Positions 48,064 through 57,559 of a DNA stretch of 64,000 nt are shown here, piece by piece. Both the position numbers and the translations under genes were made by a program. The notes under the pieces are model-generated. The model was given only the letters and a program-made list of their open reading frames with translations. It ran no database searches and was not told the origin of the DNA. The number at the start of each line of letters is the position of its first letter. Within the stretch, counting starts at the first letter, position 1. The DNA is from a virus: positions 18,149 to 82,148 of IMG/VR virus record IMGVR_UViG_3300037010_001286. The stretch is one strand, 5' to 3'.

Positions 48064-49416
48064 TTACGGTGCTGGCGGAGTTACAGCACCATTAGAAGCT
48101 CCTCCAGTTGGATTTGTACTTCCTGAACCACCAGTAGATGGAGCTGTTCCAACCCCTGAAAGTGAAGCACCATCTTGTACATATGTTGCACCAGTACCAA
48201 ATAAGTAAGCTGCAAGAATATTCTTATCTGCATTATCAACTGCTACTTTTGGTAATCCAATCATATTACGACCCTCATTAAGTGTTGCAAGACCAGTAGC
48301 ATATAAAGTTTTTGCAGCCTCAGCACGTACATCTAAACTAGTTTCAAGCTCTACAACTCTATCTAAATCAAAGGTGAAAGATAATCTAGGGTTCTTATAC
48401 TTACCACGTAAGAAAAGAGTAATAGAGTCCTCTAATTTATATAAGTAAGGACGTACAGCAGTATTAAAGACTACTTTCATCAAATCTTGAGGTTTTGATG
48501 TTGAAGTATTTTCACCCCCAAGTACTAATGCGTTAAGTTTAAATACACGAAGAACTCTTTTATCACTAATATGTAAAGAATCAAGTAACTTTGAGTCGTG
48601 AGGGGATACCTGAATTGGTTTATATGTAATTCCCCCTGGAAGTACAGCAGTACCACCTCTATTAACTCCACCTTGTCCATACATCATAGCGAACTGGTCT
48701 TGAAGTGCACTTACTTGTTCAGGGCTGAGAGCATATTCAGACTCTAATAATCCTGTAAGTAGACTTGAATTTGCATAGAAACTCTTTAAGTCCTCTAACG
48801 CATAACCCTCAAGTAATAGAGTATCAAATAGAGGTCGTACAGCAGGAACTCCATAGTACATATTATTAAGAGTAGGATTTCTTACAATACATACCTCATC
48901 ATAATTATAAGTAATTTTATCTTTCCAAATAACACCTTTAATATAATTACTAGGGTCAGGAACTATTTTAACAGAAGATGGAGAACCTAAAAACCAAGAT
49001 TCAAGATTTCCTTTATTAGTTTCAAGAGTCATAAAAGAAGTACCTGATAGTAGAATAGCTTGAATATTTAGCTCAATCAACTCACCCCAAGTAAAGAATG
49101 GATTTGGGGATTGAACCCAAGCATTTAGTTTATCTTTTTTTGGTAAAGGTAAAAGTTCTCCAGTATCACTAAGTACTCCAATTTTTGGTACTGCTTGACT
49201 GGCTGCTTTTGTAATATAATCAACACAACTAAATATTAACTCACTAGTATGTAAAGTATTTTCCTCAGAGAGTTTTGCTAAACTACCTTTACCACCATCA
49301 TAACTCTTAGCAGCTTCAGCATTATTTCTACTAGCTTTAGTATTAACGAAAACAGAAGTACCTACATTGTTATTAGATTTATTTTCTTTCTTTGAGAAAA
49401 AATTAAAAATTCCCAC
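48064..49416 (-). CDS. Portal protein (HK97 family)
   Basis: PNPFFT, YYGVPAV, TLNEGR; likely GTG start at 49416 after AAGGGGGG. Confidence 0.9.
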   Translation of the reverse strand: MGIFNFFSKKENKSNNNVGTSVFVNTKASRNNAEAAKSYDGGKGSLAKLSEENTLHTSELIFSCVDYITKAASQAVPKIGVLSDTGELLPLPKKDKLNAWVQSPNPFFTWGELIELNIQAILLSGTSFMTLETNKGNLESWFLGSPSSVKIVPDPSNYIKGVIWKDKITYNYDEVCIVRNPTLNNMYYGVPAVRPLFDTLLLEGYALEDLKSFYANSSLLTGLLESEYALSPEQVSALQDQFAMMYGQGGVNRGGTAVLPGGITYKPIQVSPHDSKLLDSLHISDKRVLRVFKLNALVLGGENTSTSKPQDLMKVVFNTAVRPYLYKLEDSITLFLRGKYKNPRLSFTFDLDRVVELETSLDVRAEAAKTLYATGLATLNEGRNMIGLPKVAVDNADKNILAAYLFGTGATYVQDGASLSGVGTAPSTGGSGSTNPTGGASNGAVTPPAP

Positions 49417-49449
49417 TAGACCCCCCTTGGAGTATACATCAATTAACTT

Positions 49450-49457
49450 ATTATCGT
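49450..49457 (-). promoter_or_regulatory. Putative late promoter -10 (ACGATAAT)
   Basis: Recurrent motif upstream of the portal gene. Confidence 0.6.
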
Positions 49458-49488
49458 CAAAGTAAGAAAATAAGTAATTTTTACATTT

Positions 49489-49556
49489 TCTTAAAGAAAA
49501 CTGAAAGCCTATTTTACGAGGTTTCATAAGGGTGTCCCAAGACCTATTATTGTATT
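49489..49556. repeat. 68-bp direct repeat, copy 2
   Basis: 65/68 identical to 16543-16610. Confidence 0.95.
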
Positions 49557-49625
49557 CCCCTTTAAATACTTTTTCTATAAAACCTCTAATTTTTATCTAT
49601 AAACATTACAGGTTTTCTCTAGGTA

Positions 49626-49633
49626 ACGATAAT
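49626..49633 (+). promoter_or_regulatory. Putative late promoter -10 (ACGATAAT)
   Basis: Recurrent motif upstream of the terminase operon. Confidence 0.6.
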
Positions 49634-49657
49634 TAAATAAGCAATAGGAGATTAAAT

Positions 49658-49912
49658 ATGAAAGTTAATTTAAAGAGTTCACCATTAAAAAGAATATTAT
49701 CAATAGATGATTCTATAATAACTTTTGAATGTGTATGTGGAAAAACTTTTCAACAAGAAGCTAGTTCATTTACACCATTAACTAGATGTTCTGCTTGTAC
49801 AGCTGGTGTTGAATTAATCATTCCTTTAACTCCTATAGAGAAAGAAGAATTAGGAAATTACATGTTTATGAATGTTCTTTGTGAGTATAATAATAAATTT
49901 GTGAGAGTATAA
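49658..49912 (+). CDS. Small zinc-ribbon protein
   Basis: CVCG...CSAC; AGGAG RBS. Confidence 0.65.
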   Translation: MKVNLKSSPLKRILSIDDSIITFECVCGKTFQQEASSFTPLTRCSACTAGVELIIPLTPIEKEELGNYMFMNVLCEYNNKFVRV

Positions 49913-49913
49913 T

Positions 49914-50411
49914 ATGAATATGGACTTAGTTAGTAAAGCATCACAAGAAGTTGGTGAATTATCTCCTGATGTTATAGCTAAATTAGAGAGTGACTTAGTA
50001 TTTACTGAATGTGAAGCCCCTAGTAAGCCTATATCTCTAGTAGAAAGAGCTGTATGTGAGCTTAGGGCTGATAAGAAGTCAAATGCGTATATTGCTTCCT
50101 ACTTAGGAATACCTTTAATTGATGTTAAACGTATTCTTTCTAGAAGTGTAGTTAAAGAGTTTTTACAAACTCTTATAAATGCTCAATATGATCTATCTAA
50201 GGAGTATAGATTAGAGATAATGAGTAAAATAATTGACTCTAAGATTAGAGAGATTGAAGAAGATATGGCTGGAGATTATAAAGGTGCTACTAAGAAAGAC
50301 CTAGTAGACTTAATTATGCTACAAGATTCCTTACTCAAAGAACGAGAGAAAAAAGAGCTTGGAGCTAACGAGGATACTTATATCACATTATTACAGCAGA
50401 TTACTAAATGA
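49914..50411 (+). CDS. Terminase small subunit (T5-like)
   Basis: HTH plus helical body, TKKDLVDLI, directly upstream of TerL. Confidence 0.75.
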   Translation: MNMDLVSKASQEVGELSPDVIAKLESDLVFTECEAPSKPISLVERAVCELRADKKSNAYIASYLGIPLIDVKRILSRSVVKEFLQTLINAQYDLSKEYRLEIMSKIIDSKIREIEEDMAGDYKGATKKDLVDLIMLQDSLLKEREKKELGANEDTYITLLQQITK

Positions 50412-51802
50412 TAGCAGAAGATTTTGAGGAAAATTTAATACAAGAGGAAGTTTTACTTACTCAAGATGTAACAGTATATCAATCAATTGTTAATAAAATT
50501 GATTATAATGCTTCTGCTAGAGCTTTAAAGTTTAAACCACACCCAGCACAGCAGATTGTATTTGATACAGTTGCTAGCAGAGCTTTTGATGTTATTACAT
50601 TAGCTTGTGGTAGACGTTTTGGTAAATCTGAAGTTATGTCAGCTATTGCTTCGACTGAGCTTCTAATACCTAATGCTAGAGTACTTCTTGTAACTCCTAC
50701 ATTTGCTAATGCTAAAGCTATCTATGATAAGGTTGAATTAGCTATTATAAAGCTTGGTTTAAAAATTAAATCTAAAGATATTAAGTTACTTACATTTACT
50801 CTTGAATATGGTCAAACTATTATTTGTGCAACCCCTAAATCTATCTCTAATGTACTTGGTTTTAAATATTCACTGGTTATATTTGATGAGTCTCAGGATA
50901 TATCTGACCTTATGGAGATTTGGGAAAATAAAATTAACCCAGCACAAGCAGACTATGGACTCCAAGAAGATGGGTTTATGTATTCTAAAACAATGTTTAT
51001 TGGAACAGTTCGTGACTATGATAATGACTTCTATATTCCTTTTGAACGTGGTGAGTTAAAACTACCGGGGTATATTTCATTTAATTTCCCAACATCTGCA
51101 AATCCTTATATTTCAAAAGAATATTTGGCTAAGAAGGAAGCAACACTTCCTAAGAAAACATTTGATATGGAATATAGAGGAATTTGGCAATCTTTAAGAG
51201 ATTCATTAGTATATTTTTCTTTTAATCAAGAAACATCTATTATAAAACGAGAAGAAGTTTACCATATACTTGATAACCCTAAGGTATGTATATCCGGTAT
51301 TGACTTTGGATTTGATGATAATACAAGTTACTTATTAGGTGTTGTAGAACCATTAACTGGAATTATAACAATTATTAGAGAATATAAGGAGTCACAACAA
51401 GCTTTAGAATATCATGTTTCAAAATTTAGAGAAATAGAGAGTAGTGTAAAATATTTATCAATACATAGATATGCTGATCCATCTGCTGTTCAACTAATCC
51501 ATGATATGTCAGTTACTTATGGATATTATGTTAATAAAGCAAATAATAAGATTGATGAAGGTGTAGATAAAGTTAATAGCCTATTTCATCAAGGTAAATT
51601 GAGAATTTCTGAAGAGTGTGTAGAGTTAATTAGTGAAATTAAAAATTTATCTTGGAAAAATCCAAAAACAAAAGAAGTTGCTAGAACTAAACGACATAAA
51701 CACTTTGACTTATCTTTATCTTCCTTAAGATACTTAGTATATACATGGGAACAGCAAAAAGATTTATCGATAATTATAATTCCATCAGGGAGAGCTAAAT
51801 GA
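50408..51802 (+). CDS. Terminase large subunit
   Basis: CGRRFGKS, IFDE, GIDFG, ADPSA. Confidence 0.93.
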   Translation: MIAEDFEENLIQEEVLLTQDVTVYQSIVNKIDYNASARALKFKPHPAQQIVFDTVASRAFDVITLACGRRFGKSEVMSAIASTELLIPNARVLLVTPTFANAKAIYDKVELAIIKLGLKIKSKDIKLLTFTLEYGQTIICATPKSISNVLGFKYSLVIFDESQDISDLMEIWENKINPAQADYGLQEDGFMYSKTMFIGTVRDYDNDFYIPFERGELKLPGYISFNFPTSANPYISKEYLAKKEATLPKKTFDMEYRGIWQSLRDSLVYFSFNQETSIIKREEVYHILDNPKVCISGIDFGFDDNTSYLLGVVEPLTGIITIIREYKESQQALEYHVSKFREIESSVKYLSIHRYADPSAVQLIHDMSVTYGYYVNKANNKIDEGVDKVNSLFHQGKLRISEECVELISEIKNLSWKNPKTKEVARTKRHKHFDLSLSSLRYLVYTWEQQKDLSIIIIPSGRAK

Positions 51803-52257
51803 ATTTTAAAGAATGGTATGATATTAACCCATATAAATATAAAATAGATAGTTATAATCTTTCTGAGAAAGAAAAGCAAAAACTAACTCCAGTTGTTACT
51901 TCAAGTTCATTTTTGACAGAAGCTAGAAAGTACTACCTAGAATTTGTACAACGTAAACAAAGATATATTGTTCCTGACTTTGTACGTTCAGAGTTTCCTA
52001 TATTTTATAGGAAAAGATATTTTTCAATATTAAATTATTATGATTTAGATAATGAGTTAAAGTATATTATAAAACATATTCCTGAAGCAGTTGCTTTAAA
52101 AGATTCAATTATTCTTAAAGACTCTTATAAAGACCTACTATCTTCTGAGATGAAATTCTTTGATTTATCTTTAGAAGATGGACTTCGTGAAGTCATCCGA
52201 GTTAAACATGATGACCGTGTTTTAGGATTTAAATTTAAAGTAGATAGACCAAAATGA
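51799..52257 (+). CDS. Hypothetical protein
   Basis: ATGA overlaps with neighbours. Confidence 0.65.
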   Translation: MNFKEWYDINPYKYKIDSYNLSEKEKQKLTPVVTSSSFLTEARKYYLEFVQRKQRYIVPDFVRSEFPIFYRKRYFSILNYYDLDNELKYIIKHIPEAVALKDSIILKDSYKDLLSSEMKFFDLSLEDGLREVIRVKHDDRVLGFKFKVDRPK

Positions 52258-52520
52258 TAAAAAAGAATAGAAGTAAATTAACAGATGCTGAAAAGGCATT
52301 TTTAGTTGATAACTATTTATACTTATCTGATGAAGCAATAGCAGATATTCTAAATTTAGCTAGTGCTACCACAGCACGTAAAATAAGAAGTAATTTAGGT
52401 CTTTCAAGAAGTGGAAAGAGACTTAAAGAATTTATTAAAGAGGTTCCACTTATTATTTGGCTACAGAGAGATTTATATACTTCTAATAATTTTGAAAATA
52501 GTATAAATTTAAGTATTTAA
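52254..52520 (+). CDS. HTH-containing protein
   Basis: LSDEAIADILN...RSNLGL. Confidence 0.6.
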   Translation: MIKKNRSKLTDAEKAFLVDNYLYLSDEAIADILNLASATTARKIRSNLGLSRSGKRLKEFIKEVPLIIWLQRDLYTSNNFENSINLSI

Positions 52521-52521
52521 C

Positions 52522-52550
52522 TTGACAAACATGCTTTTGTATGATATACT
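52522..52550 (+). promoter_or_regulatory. Sigma70 promoter TTGACA-17-TATACT with extended TG
   Basis: Near-consensus hexamers. Confidence 0.8.
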
Positions 52551-52575
52551 CTTATTAAATTAACAAGGAGTTAAA

Positions 52576-53046
52576 ATGTTACTTGAAATTGTTTCAAAAA
52601 ACCAAATAGTAGACGGTATTTTACTTCCATTTTTTCCTGAAGCTATGGAAATGAATAAAAAGGTAGATCCAAGTTTTGATAGGATTCTATCACAGCTTAA
52701 TGATGCTTATACAGACTTCTTAATTAGTGAAACTCTAGAGGATAGATTTGAAGCTTTTGTTACTTATGGATTCTCATATCTACAGGGATTAGTTTATTTA
52801 GTACATTATCCCGATGATGATAAATTGGAATTGATGGAAGTACGAGCTACATACTTTACTGACTTGTTTATTATGTTTACTAAATTTATTGGAAGACGCC
52901 TAAATGAACAACAAGTAGGTCTTATTGGTAGTGTAATATCTATGGCTTTGGAGCAGTTTGCTATTTCTAAGTTGTCTAAGAGTACTGATGTTATTGAGTA
53001 TAACAATATTCTAAGTAATTTGTTTGCGAAGTTAGAGTCAGTATAA
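52576..53046 (+). CDS. Hypothetical protein
   Basis: AAGGAG RBS. Confidence 0.65.
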   Translation: MLLEIVSKNQIVDGILLPFFPEAMEMNKKVDPSFDRILSQLNDAYTDFLISETLEDRFEAFVTYGFSYLQGLVYLVHYPDDDKLELMEVRATYFTDLFIMFTKFIGRRLNEQQVGLIGSVISMALEQFAISKLSKSTDVIEYNNILSNLFAKLESV

Positions 53047-53285
53047 TGGATAAGGTGCTGAATTGCCAAGAGGCAGTCAGCCTCTTGGAAGACTATTTTT
53101 TAGGGACTACTCAGTCTGTATTATCAGGCAGATATGGTATTTCTGAAAAAGCAGTCTATAATATTCTATATCTTTTAACATACAAAGAATGTACTAAAGA
53201 ATTTGTATATAGATATGGTGGTGTTGCACCTTATCTAATAGAGCTGGCTAAACGTAAACAGCGTGGACTTGGTAGAGTTAAATGA
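53046..53285 (+). CDS. HTH DNA-binding protein
   Basis: TQSVLSGRYGISEKAVYNIL. Confidence 0.65.
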   Translation: MDKVLNCQEAVSLLEDYFLGTTQSVLSGRYGISEKAVYNILYLLTYKECTKEFVYRYGGVAPYLIELAKRKQRGLGRVK

Positions 53286-53578
53286 GAAAAATTGAGCTAC
53301 TTCTATTTGTAAGTAATGTACTTGCTAATCCAAATAATGAGGTATTAGTAGTGTATAATGAAAACAATATAATTACTCATATTTTTATTGCCTCTAACAC
53401 TGGAGATAAACTTCTAAGATTAGAAGGCCCTTTCAAAAATTTAGATGAAGTACTAAATTTTATAAGAAATATTAAAGCAACTCCAAACTTTGATATATAT
53501 CTACAGTTTACTTTTGTAGAGTCTCCTGATAGCATTAAGATTTACAATAGTATTTGTAAGATAAAATACTTTAGTTAA
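53282..53578 (+). CDS. Hypothetical protein
   Basis: ATGA overlap. Confidence 0.6.
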   Translation: MRKIELLLFVSNVLANPNNEVLVVYNENNIITHIFIASNTGDKLLRLEGPFKNLDEVLNFIRNIKATPNFDIYLQFTFVESPDSIKIYNSICKIKYFS

Positions 53579-53599
53579 AAATTTATTTAAAGGTTGAAC

Positions 53600-54604
53600 A
53601 TGTCCCTACTACCTATTGAGACCCCTAACCCACTATTTGGTAAGTATTTATACCCCTCTGCTAAAGCATTGATGGAGCAACAACAAGATATTGCTTGGTT
53701 TGCTCAAGAGATTAAAGTTGAAAATGATATACATGACTATCTACATAATATGTCAAAAGATAGTTATAATTTAGTTACTGTAACTCTTACTAACTTTGTT
53801 GAAATAGAACAAAGTGTAGGAGAAATATGGGATACTATTAGTACTTGGTTTCCACACTCTGAGATTGATGGTGCTTGTAAACAAATAGCTGCTATGGAGA
53901 AGTCTGTACATGCTTTCTTTTATCAAAAGATGTCAGATACTCTTAATATTGATCCTGAGGATACTGCAAAAGTACAACAAGATGTTGCTGCAATCAAAAA
54001 TAAACTTGACTATGTTAAGTCAATTACTAAAAATTTATCAAAAAATAAATTATTATCATTAGCTATGGTATCAATGATAGAACAGGTACTTCTATTTAGT
54101 AACTTTGCTATGTTAAAATCTTTTAAAGCTAACGGTCATAAGTTAATACCTAATACTCTGACTGGTGTTGATTATGTTGTAAATGATGAGGTACTCCACG
54201 GAGTATTTGCGGCTTACTTACATAATACTTATATTGAGGAATATAAAGAACTTCACGGTTATTTTAATCATGATAAACATAATAAAGACCTTAAAGAATT
54301 AACAGAGTCAATTGTATCTTATGAAGATGCTATTATTGATTATACTTTCCAAGCAAACTTGCCTATTAATGATATTACTGCAAGTCAGTTGAAGGCTTTT
54401 ATTCGCTCACGGGCTAATCTAGTTCTAGTTGATTTAGGATGTGAACCTTTATACCAAATTGTGGATAATCCAATTGCTGATTGGTTTTATAAAGGAGCTA
54501 ATTCTATAAAATTACATGATTTCTTTTCGGCAGGTAGTAATCAATATAAAAGAAGCTGGTCTTTATCAGCATTTTCAAGAAAACCATATTTAGAGGTAAA
54601 ATAA
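53600..54604 (+). CDS. nrdB: Ribonucleotide reductase class I beta subunit
   Basis: W..QEI, E...H...Y, DEVLH, DFF C-terminus. Confidence 0.9.
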   Translation: MSLLPIETPNPLFGKYLYPSAKALMEQQQDIAWFAQEIKVENDIHDYLHNMSKDSYNLVTVTLTNFVEIEQSVGEIWDTISTWFPHSEIDGACKQIAAMEKSVHAFFYQKMSDTLNIDPEDTAKVQQDVAAIKNKLDYVKSITKNLSKNKLLSLAMVSMIEQVLLFSNFAMLKSFKANGHKLIPNTLTGVDYVVNDEVLHGVFAAYLHNTYIEEYKELHGYFNHDKHNKDLKELTESIVSYEDAIIDYTFQANLPINDITASQLKAFIRSRANLVLVDLGCEPLYQIVDNPIADWFYKGANSIKLHDFFSAGSNQYKRSWSLSAFSRKPYLEVK

Positions 54605-56331
54605 TGAGTAATACAAAATATGAAAGATTATCACATAAAAGAAAACAACTACAAAATGATGGATTAGCACCATCCTGGCTTAGTACTGCTGGTTACCAAT
54701 TGTTAGTAAATCAAAACTACTTAGATACTGCAGAGACCCCAAAAGATATGTATACTAGGATTGCTAAACGTGCAGCAGAACTAACTAAGTTTGAAATTCC
54801 TAAAGACTTTGGCTATGATACATGGTTTGACTGCTTTTTTGATGTAATGTGGAAAGGGTGGTTATCTCCTTCTACTCCTGTACTAACAAATATGGGAAAT
54901 AACCGTGGACATCCTATATCATGTTCGGGGACCTACGTTGGTGACTCTATTGCTTCCTTTTATGAAGCAAGAAAAGAGATGGCACAACTTACTCAACGTG
55001 GTTATGGTACTTCTACTTGCTTAGATCCAATACGCCCAAGAGGTAGTGCAATTTCTAGTGGTGGTACTGCAAATGGTATTATGCAATTTGCTAAAGGTGT
55101 AGTTGCAGATATGGAGGATGTGTCTCAAGGTAATTCTCGTAGAGGCAGCTGTGGTCAATATTTAAACCCTCTACATGATGATTTTGAAGAACTTGCAAAT
55201 CAGATTATTGCTAATGATATGGGATGGAATATTGGTTGGAATATAACTGATGAGTTTGAAGAGTTATTTCAACGAGACTTTGACTTAGCTGATACTATTT
55301 GGTGTAAACTACTTAAAACTAAAGCTACAAAAGGTAAAGGATATTTCTTTTTTGTTGATAAAGTAAATAGACATCGACCCCAAGTCTATATTGATAAAGG
55401 CTTTAAGGTAAGACACTCTAATTTATGTGGAGAAATTACGTTGATGTCAGATGAAGAACACTCATTTACTTGTGTATTATCTTCTGTAAATATTGCAAAC
55501 TATGATGAGTGGAGAGATACAAAGTTATTTCAAATAAGTACTATTTTCCTTGATGCTATTATTGAGGATATGCTGATTAAGGCCAAACAAGAAAAAGGAT
55601 TTGAGCGTATTGTTGCCTTTACTGAGAAGTCAAGAGCACAAGGACTTGGTGTATTAGGTTTATCTACTTATTACCAAAAGAAATCATGGGCATTTGGTGA
55701 TTTTAGTTCTATTCAATTTAATCAGATGTTTTTTAAGGAAATGAATAAGGAAACTCTTAAAGCTTCTAAGATGTTAGCTAAAGAACTTGGAGAACCTGAG
55801 TGGATGGTTGGATATGGTGAACGTTGTTCTCATCGTATAGCTCTACCTCCTACTAAATCTACCTCTATTATTCAAGGTGGGGTTAGTGAAGGTATTCAAC
55901 CTGTATATGCTAATGTATTTGAGCAAGATACTGCTGGTGGCACTGTATATCGTATTAATCCAGTTCTTTTGGATATTATGAAAGAACGTGATATGTATAC
56001 TGAGGAAGTTATGAGACGTATTGCTGAGGACCAGGGTTCGGTACAAGGAGAAGATTGGCTTACAGACCATGAAAAAGCTGTATTCAGAACTGCTTTTGAA
56101 GTATCTCAAGAGTCTATCCTTTTAATGGCTGCTCATAGACAGCGGGAAGTAGACCAAGGACAGTCTGTTAATCTCTTCTTTACTGCTGACGAGACTGAGG
56201 AAGAAATAGCAAGAATCCATGATATTGCTTTTAAAGACCCTTATATTCATAGTTTATACTATCTACAATCTCAGAATAAAGCTATGAAACATAAGATTGA
56301 TAAAGATGAGTGTTTGTCCTGCCATTCTTGA
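54604..56331 (+). CDS. nrdA: Ribonucleotide reductase class I alpha subunit (no ATP cone)
   Basis: STPVLTN, PISC, SNLCGEI, PTKSTS, DQGQSVN, SLYY, C-terminal CLSC. Confidence 0.95.
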   Translation: MSNTKYERLSHKRKQLQNDGLAPSWLSTAGYQLLVNQNYLDTAETPKDMYTRIAKRAAELTKFEIPKDFGYDTWFDCFFDVMWKGWLSPSTPVLTNMGNNRGHPISCSGTYVGDSIASFYEARKEMAQLTQRGYGTSTCLDPIRPRGSAISSGGTANGIMQFAKGVVADMEDVSQGNSRRGSCGQYLNPLHDDFEELANQIIANDMGWNIGWNITDEFEELFQRDFDLADTIWCKLLKTKATKGKGYFFFVDKVNRHRPQVYIDKGFKVRHSNLCGEITLMSDEEHSFTCVLSSVNIANYDEWRDTKLFQISTIFLDAIIEDMLIKAKQEKGFERIVAFTEKSRAQGLGVLGLSTYYQKKSWAFGDFSSIQFNQMFFKEMNKETLKASKMLAKELGEPEWMVGYGERCSHRIALPPTKSTSIIQGGVSEGIQPVYANVFEQDTAGGTVYRINPVLLDIMKERDMYTEEVMRRIAEDQGSVQGEDWLTDHEKAVFRTAFEVSQESILLMAAHRQREVDQGQSVNLFFTADETEEEIARIHDIAFKDPYIHSLYYLQSQNKAMKHKIDKDECLSCHS

Positions 56332-56332
56332 A

Positions 56333-56938
56333 ATGAATTATCTCTTAATTTATCAATCTTTAATAAAAAGTAGGGTTACTAATCCTACTTCCTCCTCTTA
56401 CTATGAGAAACATCATATTATTCCAAAATCTCACGGGGGTTTAAACTCCCCCGATAATATTGTTAAACTCACTGCAAGAGAGCATTACTTAGCTCATTGG
56501 TTACTGACTAAAATTTATCCTAACTGTCCTAAAATGTTGAGTGCATTTTCTTTAATGGCGGGGCAATTAAGCCCAACTAGTCGTCGTAATTTTACTGCAT
56601 CACAATATGAACGATGTAAACTAGCACATTCAAAAGCTACAAAGATTAGACGTGCTAATGGGTTTAATCCAATGAATAGTCCTAAGGCTAGAAAGAAAAT
56701 TAGTGATTGGATGAAAGTTAATAATCCCTCTACTAAAAATCCTCATAAAATAAATACAGCACAACCAGTAGATGTTTATTTCTTAGATGGTACTATAAAA
56801 TCATATAGATATAAATTAGAAGCCTCAAAGGACTTAAACGTTCCTTACTGGTCTATAAAGAACTCTTCAAGAAAGGGTATTGGTATTCCAAAATACAATA
56901 TATCTAAAGTTATAGAGGTACCAAAAACTAAAGGTTAA
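56333..56938 (+). CDS. Free-standing HNH homing endonuclease
   Basis: YYEKHHIIPKSHGG...NIVKLTAREHYLAHWLL. Confidence 0.88.
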   Translation: MNYLLIYQSLIKSRVTNPTSSSYYEKHHIIPKSHGGLNSPDNIVKLTAREHYLAHWLLTKIYPNCPKMLSAFSLMAGQLSPTSRRNFTASQYERCKLAHSKATKIRRANGFNPMNSPKARKKISDWMKVNNPSTKNPHKINTAQPVDVYFLDGTIKSYRYKLEASKDLNVPYWSIKNSSRKGIGIPKYNISKVIEVPKTKG

Positions 56939-56993
56939 GTTAGAATTAATATAGATTAGTATATCATTTTTAAAACTAAAAAAAAGGAAAAAT

Positions 56994-57299
56994 ATGCTAA
57001 TTTATGAAAACTACGTTATTGAGAAAGTAGACAACCTAAATTTTAAAGTTTATAAACTTGGCAAGAATAGTGCTAATAATGAAGTACAAAAGGATGTTAC
57101 TTATCATGCAGACTTACAACAAGCACTTATTAAATTAAGAAAGCTTATTCATAGTGATAAATTTTTTAATTCTGTAACTACTGTTGATTCAGCCATTAAA
57201 AAAATTGAAGAAATTGATAAAGATTTTATTAGTTTCCTTAATTCTTTTACTATAAAGAAACTACAAAAAGCTTTTGAGGTAGAAGTAAAAACTGCATGA
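56994..57299 (+). CDS. Hypothetical phage protein
   Basis: AAGGA RBS. Confidence 0.65.
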   Translation: MLIYENYVIEKVDNLNFKVYKLGKNSANNEVQKDVTYHADLQQALIKLRKLIHSDKFFNSVTTVDSAIKKIEEIDKDFISFLNSFTIKKLQKAFEVEVKTA

Positions 57300-57559
57300 C
57301 TTCTCATTTATGTGTAATTTGTACTTCTTGTAATACAATTGCTCTTAACTCTTCCTGTGAGTGCGGATTAGTAGCTTCTAAAGAAAGTGATAATCCTAAA
57401 AGTTGTTTATATGTGTTTAGTGACTCTCCTGATAATATTGTTCTTGCAAAAGTTTGGACAGACGCATCAGGAGTAGTCTCTTTTTTAAAGAGATATAAAG
57501 ATTTATCTATATCTCGTATAGTTTTAGTTGATGCAAAGGAAAAAAATGACATATCTTGA
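57296..57559 (+). CDS. Small Cys-rich (zinc-binding) protein
   Basis: CTSC...CECG. Confidence 0.55.
   Translation: MTSHLCVICTSCNTIALNSSCECGLVASKESDNPKSCLYVFSDSPDNIVLAKVWTDASGVVSFLKRYKDLSISRIVLVDAKEKNDIS

Noticed and set aside
49417-49527. N-terminal extension of the portal in the ORF track
   Set aside because: It runs through the promoter motif and the 68-bp repeat; GTG 49416 has a strong SD.
4185-56109. Antisense or alternate-frame ORFs (e.g. 4185, 11354, 14753, 17606, 19119, 21748, 22376, 26622, 40094, 41051, 46141, 51589, 55843)
   Set aside because: Shadow ORFs overlapping well-supported genes, explained by codon bias or repeats.
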